A stretch of 64,000 nucleotides of DNA, taken from assembly GCA_963667035.1 (NCBI GenBank), contig OY762964.1, positions 1,920,001 through 1,984,000 of the forward strand. The letters are read 5' to 3'. Each line of letters starts with the position of its first letter. Positions within the stretch are counted from its first letter, which is position 1. The DNA comes from Candidatus Cloacimonadales bacterium. GTDB lineage: Bacteria; Cloacimonadota; Cloacimonadia; Cloacimonadales; JAFGVF01. The notes beneath the pieces are model-generated. The model made no database searches. It was not told where the DNA came from and worked only from the letters and a program-made list of their open reading frames with translations. Of the stretch, positions 44,795 through 53,380 are shown piece after piece. The position numbers and the translations under genes were made by a program.

Positions 44795-45023
44795 TTATGC
44801 ATCTTCGACAAACTTTTATTCACCTGTAAACTAATGGGATATAACAGGTTATATTTTATAAAAAACTTTTCTCTTGCCATGTTATGCTGACTTATTTTTT
44901 TAGCAGATTTATTTATTGAGCTTATCACACTCTAGTGTTGGGATTTTTCTATGTTTTTACTACTATTTTTCCGATGAATCCGGTGGTTTTGCGGAACAAT
45001 TCTTGGGTTAATATTAATAATAT

Positions 45024-45631
45024 TGTTCCGAATTTAACTCAGATTATTCAACCACGTTGTGGTTGTTTTGTTTATGGTGTTCATATACCCCGAATTACAT
45101 TCGGGGCTACTCAGATGTAACCACTTCGTGGTTGCAATACATATGGATTAGGAGAGTTGCAATATATGTAGTGCAAGTCCCCCCACTTGCACATAGCTCA
45201 AAGAGCTATTCATAGATAGCGTCTTTTTTAGTTACCAATACTACGCGACTTAGTTTACCATTTATCTTAAAAATCTATTCATCCACTTCTAATCCCAACG
45301 GGATTAAATATGAGTAGCCATGCATGAAATGCATGGTTACTAGCCTAAAAGTGTCGACCCCAAAGTGGGTCGAATATCTACAGTATTATCAAAGCTAGCG
45401 TCTATAAAAGTTTACTAGTACAACGTAAAGCGATTAGACCATGTTCCGATTAAAACTAAGATTATTCAACCACGTTGTGGTTGTTTTATTTATGGTGTCC
45501 CTAAACCCGAATTGCATTCGGGGCTATTCAGAGGTAATCCCATTCGGGATTGCAATACATGTGGTACAGGAGAGTTACAATGTATGTAGTGCAAGTGCCT
45601 CACTTGCACATAGCGATTAGACCATGTTCCG
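45024..45631. repeat. Cluster of REP/REPIN-like elements: two ~155-bp direct repeats bracketing an inverted family member
   Basis: 45041-45197 is similar to 45459-45614; inverted homolog at 45290-45376; GTAG-hairpins at 45168 and 45586; AGCGATTAGACCATGTTCCG at 45429 and 45612. Confidence 0.8.
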
Positions 45632-45839
45632 CTTGGAGTCGAACTCCCACCGGTCGTTTGGACTCGAGCTAAAGACTGTAAACATCCTTTTATATATACT
45701 AGTTCCCCCCTTTTTTACATTTTGCATCTTTCATTTTGCTTTTTCTCCTAACTCATATTCCTCTCTCTACTCTCAGCAGTAACAATTGCTTTAAAATCAA
45801 TTTTAACTTATTAATAAATTAGCCACTTCTTGGTAATTA

Positions 45840-45894
45840 ACCCAAGGATTACCCAAGTGTTTCACAAGGGTTTCACAAGTGTCTCACAGGAATT
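45840..45894. repeat. Five 11-bp tandem units upstream of cas13b
   Basis: ACCCAAGGATT ACCCAAGTGTT TCACAAGGGTT TCACAAGTGTC TCACAGGAATT. Confidence 0.75.
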
Positions 45895-45970
45895 ACTGCC
45901 GGGAGATGAGAGAGAAATGAGGTTGATTAGCTTGATTTAATAGCTTTTAGGACAAAAGTTAAAAAGTTGC

Positions 45971-45997
45971 TTGACCTAAATACAATTTACTTATACT
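45971..45997 (+). promoter_or_regulatory. Putative promoter of cas13b
   Basis: TTGACC-N15-TATACT about 30 nt before the GAGGAG-N6-ATG start. Confidence 0.5.
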
Positions 45998-46026
45998 CAA
46001 ACATTAAAAATGAAGAGGAGCATTTT

Positions 46027-49000
46027 ATGATAGAGAAAATGAATAGAGAAACCAAAGTTCGTTTCGGGTTATTCCTCAATTATGCAGAGCATAACATTGT
46101 TATTGTACTGCAATTCATACATGATATATTACTCAAACAGTGGAAGAAGTGTATTGATGTAGATAGTTCAAAACCGTTTGAATCTGACTTGCTACAACGC
46201 TTAGAGTACACTGACTTCCAGCAAATGGAACAAACGCTAAGTCTCATTAACAAACACTTTCCTTTTCTGGGAAAAATGATAGATTCTAACAAATTAGACA
46301 ATCTGAGCTTAGAAGGAAAAGCTAAGCGAGCTTCAGAAAATCTTATCTTATTGCTTAAAGCAGTACATGAGTTGAGAAATCAATGTAGTCATGAGTCGTA
46401 TGATTTAACAGGAGAAGAAACCCTCTTATCAAAAGATGATATAGAAACTATCCGTTACAGACTAAACAGGGTATTTGATGCATCGGTGGATGAGGCAAAG
46501 AGACGATTCTTTGCTCCGGATAAAACTGATGATGAGATAGAAAAAGACCTTAACCATCTAAGAAGATATATTTCCGTAAACAAGAAACGAGAAGATAATC
46601 CTGCTTTCAAATACAGGATTGTTGAAAACGAAGAGCTAACAATTAATGGAATTGCTTATATAACTTCCCTATTTTTAGAAAAAAGAGAAGCATATCTATT
46701 GCTTAACAGTCTTTCCGGGTTTAAAGAAAACAGAACTGATTGGTCCAGGTTAACAAAAGAGTGTTACACAGTTTATAGGATGCAACTTCCTCGTTCACAA
46801 GTAACCTCAAACTATGGGAAAGAGGGTTTGTTACTTGAAATGGTCAGTGAATTAATAAAATGCCCCCATGAGATATTCAAGCATCTTTCTGAGGAAGAGA
46901 GGAATAGGTTTGAGCCAAATCTCCAAAATGATGCTAGTGATTCAGAAGATGAGAATGAAAATGTTCTTAAAAGATACAATGACCGCTTTACTTATCTTGC
47001 CCTTAGATATATTGATGATAATAATCTGTTTGAGAACATTAGGTTCCAGATAGATTTGGGACGGTACTATAAAGAAAGCTACGATAAAACAACAATCAGT
47101 GGTGAGAGAGTGAATCGCAACTTGACCAAAAGGCTCACAACCTTCGGTAGATTGAAAGAAGTAAAGGATATAGTAGTTAAAGATTGGAATGATATAACCA
47201 AATCCACTACCGATAATCCTGTTCCACCATATAGAACAGATACTGTTCCTCACTATCATATAGTTAACAATCAGATTGCATTAAAGATAAATGAAACCGG
47301 TTTACCAAATCTTAGTGAATCAATAAAGCTATCTACACCTGATGCTTGGATTAGTGCTTATGACTTACCCGGGCTTATCTATATTGGTATTATCTCTAAT
47401 GATTTTAAAAGTCTCGAGAATAAAATCATTGGATATATAAAACAAACCTGGAAGAAGTTTGCTTCTGTGGCAGATGGAGAGAAGGACTTAGATGATATAT
47501 CATTACCACTGAAACATACACTCAAAGCTTTAAATAATAACAATGAGATTCTTTTTAGAAAGAAGAAACATGCTCAGATATTTGAAGAAACTGAGAATCT
47601 GCTAAAGAGCTATGACAATAGGGTAGAGAAATTACAAGATAGAAAAACAAAGCCTAAAGATAAAAAGAAGTATCAGATAAGGGCAGGTATTCTTGCGGAT
47701 TATTTGGCTAAGGATATGGTTAAGATGCAACCCTATTCACCTGAAAAGCAAGGAAAAGACAAGATTACTTCGATTAACTTCCGTTCCTTACAATCTAATC
47801 TTGCTTTCTTTGGGAGTAGCAAAGATAGCCTTAAGGAAGTCTTCCAAAGAGCAGGTCTCATCGCAAGAGTAAATCAGCACCCTTTCCTCTCAAAGATAAA
47901 CCCTTCCGACTACTCGGCAATCGGTCCATTTTATAAGAAATATCTGCTTTCAAAAATTGAGTTCTTGGAGAAATGTCAGAGGAATGATGACTATTCTCAT
48001 GTTACTTTTAAACCGACAAGAAACAAGTATTCCGACTCCAGAGGTTCTATAAAAGAAGTAGCTGAAAGACTGAGTCATTCTCCAGTAAATATCAACTCTG
48101 AGTTCTTTCTTAATCTTCTGAAGCAAGAGCTTCCTTCAATTACTAACGAAAGAATGAATCTGTCTTGGCTGATTAAAAAACATTATAACAAACAAGGATT
48201 CGAGCTTCAAGATATATATTCTAAGCCCAAGAGTTATGAACTTCATAAGAAAGTGGGGAACTATATTTCAAAGAATAAAGGGATAAGAAGACAACTAGAA
48301 GAAATATCTAATTGTAATAACTGTTTTGAAGCTCGCAAACTTGTTAAAGCATTGCCTGAACTTGAGTATAATCCTCCAACTTTAAAGCAAACACTCCTTA
48401 AACTTTGTCAGGACTTCAACAAGAATGAGAAATTAATCCGTTTTAGAGAGTTACAGGATATTGTGATGATTACAATGGTGAATGAGCTGATAAAAGAGAT
48501 TATGACTAATCCGGAAGATGAATTTAAACCTATTCGACTTGAAAGCTTAACTCCGGAGAATACGGATCCTCTTAACAACCCTATTGACACAACTCTTAGC
48601 ATTTGTCTTGAAGAAGTTAAGAAAAAAAAGAAAGATAAGGCTAATTATGTTATCAAACAGTTTGAGATAAAGAATGTTAAGATTAAGAACCTTGGTAAGT
48701 ATAAGCGTTATCAACATGATAAAAGATTAATCGGATTAACCTCTTGGATGGGACAGGAACCCTATAACTTCGATACTGTTATTAAAGAGCTAGAGGACTT
48801 TGATAGATACAAAATAGAGATTGCACTTAAGCTAAACGAGTTTGAAAAGGAGATGTTGAAAAAATACGATGGTTTTAAGGCTACAAAAGGGAATGGGTGC
48901 AGATTCGTAGGATTTAAGGAGTATACTGATAAATATAAGAAAGAGTTTGATAAAGAGAATGCGGAGCTGTTAAAAGATATCCGAAATAGAATTTATCATA

Positions 49001-49128
49001 ATGCTTTTCCTAATAAAACAATTCTTAATAATCTGACTATACATAATGAAATAGCTATGGAAATTAAGGATTTTGTGATAGATTTAGTGGATAAAATGCT
49101 CAAAAAACTCAAGGAAAAGGAGGAATAA
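46027..49128 (+). CDS. cas13b: Type VI-B CRISPR effector Cas13b (~1033 aa)
   Basis: HEPN1 LRNQCSH near the N-terminus and HEPN2 IRNRIYH near the C-terminus; Cas13b-type blocks FLNYAEHN, SLFLEK, DRFTYLALRYID, IRFQIDLG, FGRL, GILADYLAKD, HPFL; adjacent 36-nt-repeat array. Confidence 0.92.
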   Translation: MIEKMNRETKVRFGLFLNYAEHNIVIVLQFIHDILLKQWKKCIDVDSSKPFESDLLQRLEYTDFQQMEQTLSLINKHFPFLGKMIDSNKLDNLSLEGKAKRASENLILLLKAVHELRNQCSHESYDLTGEETLLSKDDIETIRYRLNRVFDASVDEAKRRFFAPDKTDDEIEKDLNHLRRYISVNKKREDNPAFKYRIVENEELTINGIAYITSLFLEKREAYLLLNSLSGFKENRTDWSRLTKECYTVYRMQLPRSQVTSNYGKEGLLLEMVSELIKCPHEIFKHLSEEERNRFEPNLQNDASDSEDENENVLKRYNDRFTYLALRYIDDNNLFENIRFQIDLGRYYKESYDKTTISGERVNRNLTKRLTTFGRLKEVKDIVVKDWNDITKSTTDNPVPPYRTDTVPHYHIVNNQIALKINETGLPNLSESIKLSTPDAWISAYDLPGLIYIGIISNDFKSLENKIIGYIKQTWKKFASVADGEKDLDDISLPLKHTLKALNNNNEILFRKKKHAQIFEETENLLKSYDNRVEKLQDRKTKPKDKKKYQIRAGILADYLAKDMVKMQPYSPEKQGKDKITSINFRSLQSNLAFFGSSKDSLKEVFQRAGLIARVNQHPFLSKINPSDYSAIGPFYKKYLLSKIEFLEKCQRNDDYSHVTFKPTRNKYSDSRGSIKEVAERLSHSPVNINSEFFLNLLKQELPSITNERMNLSWLIKKHYNKQGFELQDIYSKPKSYELHKKVGNYISKNKGIRRQLEEISNCNNCFEARKLVKALPELEYNPPTLKQTLLKLCQDFNKNEKLIRFRELQDIVMITMVNELIKEIMTNPEDEFKPIRLESLTPENTDPLNNPIDTTLSICLEEVKKKKKDKANYVIKQFEIKNVKIKNLGKYKRYQHDKRLIGLTSWMGQEPYNFDTVIKELEDFDRYKIEIALKLNEFEKEMLKKYDGFKATKGNGCRFVGFKEYTDKYKKEFDKENAELLKDIRNRIYHNAFPNKTILNNLTIHNEIAMEIKDFVIDLVDKMLKKLKEKEE

Positions 49129-49202
49129 TATGCAAAATGAAGTGAAGTATTCATGGTTTTGCATCTCTAATCCCATGTGTTTTATAGCTTTACAAAAAGC
49201 CT

Positions 49203-49571
49203 GTTACAGTACCCTCTGTTTTGGAGTCGGAGTGTAACTACTACCTGCATCAAACCACCCAATAAGTGTGTTACAGTACCCTCTGTTTTGGAGTCGGAGT
49301 GTAACACCGTTACTGATGAAGAGGATACAATCGTTGTTACAGTACCCTCTGTTTTGGAGTCGGAGTGTAACGGAACTGATCCCTTTATAAGATACAAAGT
49401 TGGTTACAGTGCCCTCTGTTTTGGAGTCGGAGTGTAACGGCAATATTCAACGAAGCTAGCAACTTCTAAGTTACAGTGCCCTCTGTTTTGGAGTCGGAAT
49501 GTAACTACTTGGACCGCAAGCATCCTTGCTTGCATATTACATTGCTCTCTACTATTGAATCGGATTATAGC
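49203..49571 (+). CRISPR. Type VI-B CRISPR array: repeat GTTACAGTACCCTCTGTTTTGGAGTCGGAGTGTAAC (36 nt), 5 repeats + 1 degenerate, 5 spacers
   Basis: Repeats start at 49203, 49270, 49336, 49403, 49470 and 49536 (degenerate, 25/36 to repeat 5). Spacers are 31, 30, 31, 31, 30 nt. Terminal GTTACA/TGTAAC pairing with a central TTTT loop. Confidence 0.97.
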
Positions 49572-49773
49572 ATTATCAATATGACACAGACTATTAGCAT
49601 ACTCCGAAGTGGGAGTTTAGGAGGATGCAATTATTGACAGGGATTATCGGACATAGTCACTCTTGATAGGCAGAAATTAATACTATTTTTACTTGACATC
49701 TGACAGAACAAGATTGCATTTATTCGTGCAGGCTCAATTTGAGTGAAAAAGAAAAAAGTAGGTAATTTATTCG

Positions 49774-50916
49774 ATGAGAATCCCATTTAATATTCCATTT
49801 TTAACCGGAAAAGAGAGTGAATACATTCAAGAAGCATTGAATAGTAAAAGGCATTGCGGAAATCACGCTTTTGCTAGAAGAGTAATCTCTCACATGCAAG
49901 CACAACACGGACTTGGAGAGGTCTTCCTCACACCATCCGGAACTGCCGCTTTAGAGATGGGAGCATTGCTAGCCGATATTAAAGAAGGAGACGAGGTGAT
50001 TGTCCCCTCTTATACATTCAGCTCCACAGCTAATGCAATAGTGCTTAGAAATGCTACTCCGGTATTTTGCGAAATAAATCCCAAAACAATGAATATAGAT
50101 GTTGATAGAATTGAGGAGTTGATAACTCCCAGAACTAAGCTGATAGTTCCGATAGATTATGCAGGTATACCTTGCGAGATAGATAGAGTTATGGAAATTG
50201 CCAAGAAACATAATCTTTTGGTGATGCATGACACCGCTCAATCATACGGTTCTTTCTATAAAGGCAAAGCCACCGGTAGTTGGGCTGACTTTGCGACGTT
50301 CAGTTTTCATGAAACAAAGAACATTACTTGCGGTGAAGGCGGAGCTTTAGTTATCAATAATCCTAAATTCGTGCAAAGAGCTCATTTCTTACAAGAGAAA
50401 GGAACAGACAGATCACTGGTATTAAGCGGTGTAAAAAGTAAATATCATTGGGTTGATTTAGGCTCAAGTTTCTTATTGGCAGACATCTTATCCGCTCAGC
50501 TCTATGCTCAAATGGAAGCGGAAAACGCTATCTTTGCAAAAAGAAAGACTGTGTTTGATGCTTACAGTAAACTATATGAACCTTACGAATTGAAAGGCTA
50601 CATCTCTATTCCTCATCTTAACGATGATATGGCTATTAACTACCATGCCTTCTGGGTTATATTTGATAAACCGCAATCCAGAGATAAGTTCATAGAGTTA
50701 CTAAAACAAGATGAAGTTTATGCTTATATTGGCTACATGCCGTTACACTCAGCCCCAATGGGTCAAAGATACGGTTATACCAAAGAGAGTTTGCCTATCA
50801 CGGAAGATATTGCTACCAGATTAGTGAGACTACCACTATATGCGGATATGGCTGATGAAGAATTGGATTACTGTCTGAGTGCTATGCAAAAGGTGATTGA
50901 GAAGCTTTATGATTAA
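49774..50916 (+). CDS. wecE: DegT/WecE-type TDP-4-keto-sugar aminotransferase
   Basis: TPSGTAALEM, YTFSSTANA, DTAQS, SFHETKNITCGEGG, EKGTDR. Confidence 0.88.
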   Translation: MRIPFNIPFLTGKESEYIQEALNSKRHCGNHAFARRVISHMQAQHGLGEVFLTPSGTAALEMGALLADIKEGDEVIVPSYTFSSTANAIVLRNATPVFCEINPKTMNIDVDRIEELITPRTKLIVPIDYAGIPCEIDRVMEIAKKHNLLVMHDTAQSYGSFYKGKATGSWADFATFSFHETKNITCGEGGALVINNPKFVQRAHFLQEKGTDRSLVLSGVKSKYHWVDLGSSFLLADILSAQLYAQMEAENAIFAKRKTVFDAYSKLYEPYELKGYISIPHLNDDMAINYHAFWVIFDKPQSRDKFIELLKQDEVYAYIGYMPLHSAPMGQRYGYTKESLPITEDIATRLVRLPLYADMADEELDYCLSAMQKVIEKLYD

Positions 50917-52402
50917 TATTGATAACCTTAGAAAAGAGCTGAAATCCATTCTCTTTTATGAGGATAACGATATAAATCTTGATTTACTGATTTCCGCCCA
51001 GATTGAGAACTCACCCGTTTCATCGGTATCAGAGTTGAAAACATGGCTCAGGAATCTTAATAGTAAGCAACTGTTTGACGTAAAGCAGGTTCCGCTTACC
51101 GAGATGAAACAATGGATTTGGGATAAAGAAATCGGAGAGATTAAACATAAATCCGGCGGGTTCTTCAGAATTAGAGGTTTACACCTTGATTCGCAATACA
51201 AAGAAGAAAGAAGCTGGGATCAACCGATTATATTCCAACCCGAGATTGGTATACTCGGATTTATCGTTAAGAAAATCAATGGTATTCTTCACTTCCTGAT
51301 TCAAGCAAAGGCGGAACCGGGGAATATCAACACCTTTCAACTTTCCCCTACCGTACAGGCAACAAGAAGTAATTTTCTCAGATTGCACGGAGGAAAGAAA
51401 ACAACTTTTCTGGAATACTTTAACGGGGATAAAAAAGCTCGAGTTATCCTGGACAGATTTCAAAGTGAACAAGGTACCAGATTCTATAATAAAAGAAATC
51501 GTAATATAGTTGTTCTGGTTGATGAAAACGAGCAAATTGATCCGGGAGATAACTTCAGATGGATGAGCCTCGGACAAATCATCCATTTTAACCAATTCGA
51601 TAATCATGTTAATATGGATACAAGAAGTATTATCTCATGCTTGAATCTGCTACCTGAGAAACCGGTATCTCTGAACCGAGTTGACCGTGAGAATCTTAGA
51701 GATTGCTTGAATAGCAACGGTTTTGAAGATGAGATTTCGGAATATGCTTTAAACAATATTGTTTCAGCACATCCCAACACAACAACACTTAAATCAATTA
51801 ATCAACATATAAGTAATTTTACTAACGAACGTTATAAATGTATTATAAACAAATCCTTTATACCTTTGCAGGATATGAAGGAATGGAAGACATCCGATTA
51901 CTCGATTAAGCGTCCCGATAATAGATTCTATGAGATTATGGGAGTGGAAGTTGAAGCAAGTCATAGAGAGGTTGTCCGGTGGGATCAACCGATAGTTAAG
52001 CAAAGTAATCATGGTGTTATTGCCTTACTTTCAACTATGATTAATGGTACTTGCTATTATCTTGTACAGTTTAAGATGGAGTGTGGACTCATCGATAATA
52101 TGGAGATGGCTCCTACTATTCAGTGTATTCCTACTAACTACCGGAATCCTGAGTCTATTCCTTTTATGAACTATGTGAATAGCGATAATTCAATCCTTAG
52201 CGATGCTATGCAGAGTGAAGAAGGTGGACGATTCTTCAGAGAAGAGAATAGAAACATGATTATTAATGTAAACAATTTACCTGAATTCGATGAGTCGGTG
52301 TTCGCTTTGATGTCTTTGGCACAGCTCAAACATTTCTCGCTGTTTGCTTCGACTTTGAATATAGAACTGAGAAGTGTGATTTCAACAATTAAATGGAGGT
52401 AA
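50909..52402 (+). CDS. NDP-hexose 2,3-dehydratase (EvaA-like)
   Basis: Duplicated domain: WDQPII..PEIGILG, QAKAEPGN, QLSPTVQAT, SEQGTRF; second WDQP, APTIQC, SEEGGRF. Confidence 0.9.
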   Translation: MINIDNLRKELKSILFYEDNDINLDLLISAQIENSPVSSVSELKTWLRNLNSKQLFDVKQVPLTEMKQWIWDKEIGEIKHKSGGFFRIRGLHLDSQYKEERSWDQPIIFQPEIGILGFIVKKINGILHFLIQAKAEPGNINTFQLSPTVQATRSNFLRLHGGKKTTFLEYFNGDKKARVILDRFQSEQGTRFYNKRNRNIVVLVDENEQIDPGDNFRWMSLGQIIHFNQFDNHVNMDTRSIISCLNLLPEKPVSLNRVDRENLRDCLNSNGFEDEISEYALNNIVSAHPNTTTLKSINQHISNFTNERYKCIINKSFIPLQDMKEWKTSDYSIKRPDNRFYEIMGVEVEASHREVVRWDQPIVKQSNHGVIALLSTMINGTCYYLVQFKMECGLIDNMEMAPTIQCIPTNYRNPESIPFMNYVNSDNSILSDAMQSEEGGRFFREENRNMIINVNNLPEFDESVFALMSLAQLKHFSLFASTLNIELRSVISTIKWR

Positions 52403-52408
52403 CCCTTT

Positions 52409-53380
52409 ATGCCTAAAGTGAGAATGGGAGTAATAGGACTTGGATATGTGGCTCTAAGAAGTGTTATTCCTGCCATGTCTGCCCATAGTGATATTGATAT
52501 TATTGTTTTTTATGATATAGATGGTGATAAATGCCGTAAATATGCAGAGGAATTCAATTGCCGTAGTAGTAAAACTATCGATGATTTCTTTGAGAATGAG
52601 ATTGATGTTGTATACATCTCTACTCCGACAGGGACACATTTTGATTTGGCTATGAAAGCTGCAGAGAAAGGGATTCATATTCTTTGTGAGAAATCAATGA
52701 CAGGCTCCTATGATGAAACACAAAAGCTTGTGGAATTCTGCAAAGCTAAGAAAGTGGCGATTCTGGAAGGCTTCATGTATCAACACCACACCCAGCACGC
52801 TTATGTTAGAGATATAATCTCAGAAGGTGTAATAGGAGATGTAATACATCTCTATGCTTCATTTGGCTTCCCGCCTCTACCAGAAGATAATTTCCGATTT
52901 AATAAAGCACTCGGAGGAGGAGCTCTCCTTGATGCAGGTGCTTATACGGTGCACTTCTGTAGAAACTTCTTTGAGCAGGAACCTGTATCCATCAAATCTG
53001 TTATTCACTATAATGATAAAGGACTCGATATTCACGGAAATGTAATCATGGATTTTGAGAATAATCGTTCTGCAAGCATGGTTTACGGTTTCAATAACTT
53101 CTATCAGAACAGTTATATTGTTTGGGGAACTAAAGGTAAACTCACTCTGGTAAGAGCTTTCTCACTTCCTAAAGATTTTGCGTCAACTTTGACAATTGAG
53201 ACTCATGGAGAGAAAACCGAGCTTGCGATGGCTCCATGTGACCATTTTGCCAAAGAAATTGATTATCTTATAAATAACTTATATAATGAATCAGAGGTCA
53301 ATCGTTGGTATGACGATGCTCTGGCACAAGCTTTAACCCTCAGTAAAATCATTAATAACGGAGAATGTAATGAAGACTAA
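52409..53380 (+). CDS. Gfo/Idh/MocA oxidoreductase, likely NDP-hexose 3-ketoreductase
   Basis: GLGYVA, CEKS, LGGGALLDAGAY; adjacent to the 2,3-dehydratase. Confidence 0.82.
   Translation: MPKVRMGVIGLGYVALRSVIPAMSAHSDIDIIVFYDIDGDKCRKYAEEFNCRSSKTIDDFFENEIDVVYISTPTGTHFDLAMKAAEKGIHILCEKSMTGSYDETQKLVEFCKAKKVAILEGFMYQHHTQHAYVRDIISEGVIGDVIHLYASFGFPPLPEDNFRFNKALGGGALLDAGAYTVHFCRNFFEQEPVSIKSVIHYNDKGLDIHGNVIMDFENNRSASMVYGFNNFYQNSYIVWGTKGKLTLVRAFSLPKDFASTLTIETHGEKTELAMAPCDHFAKEIDYLINNLYNESEVNRWYDDALAQALTLSKIINNGECNED

Noticed and set aside
45024..45631. Repeat cluster as a second CRISPR array
   Set aside because: Units are long, multi-hairpin and in alternating orientation, with no regular repeat-spacer period.
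45631..45670. TTGGAGTCG match to the Cas13b repeat (possible anti-repeat or orphan repeat)
   Set aside because: Only 9 nt, part of a local hairpin within the REP cluster, and type VI needs no tracrRNA.
49177..49443. Three short ORFs with repeated peptide motifs after cas13b (possible csx28-like accessory)
   Set aside because: They are translations of the CRISPR repeats and show no TM or HEPN features.
49239..49469. Self-targeting of spacers 1-4 within the window
   Set aside because: No match noticed by eye; a real alignment is needed, so no claim is made.
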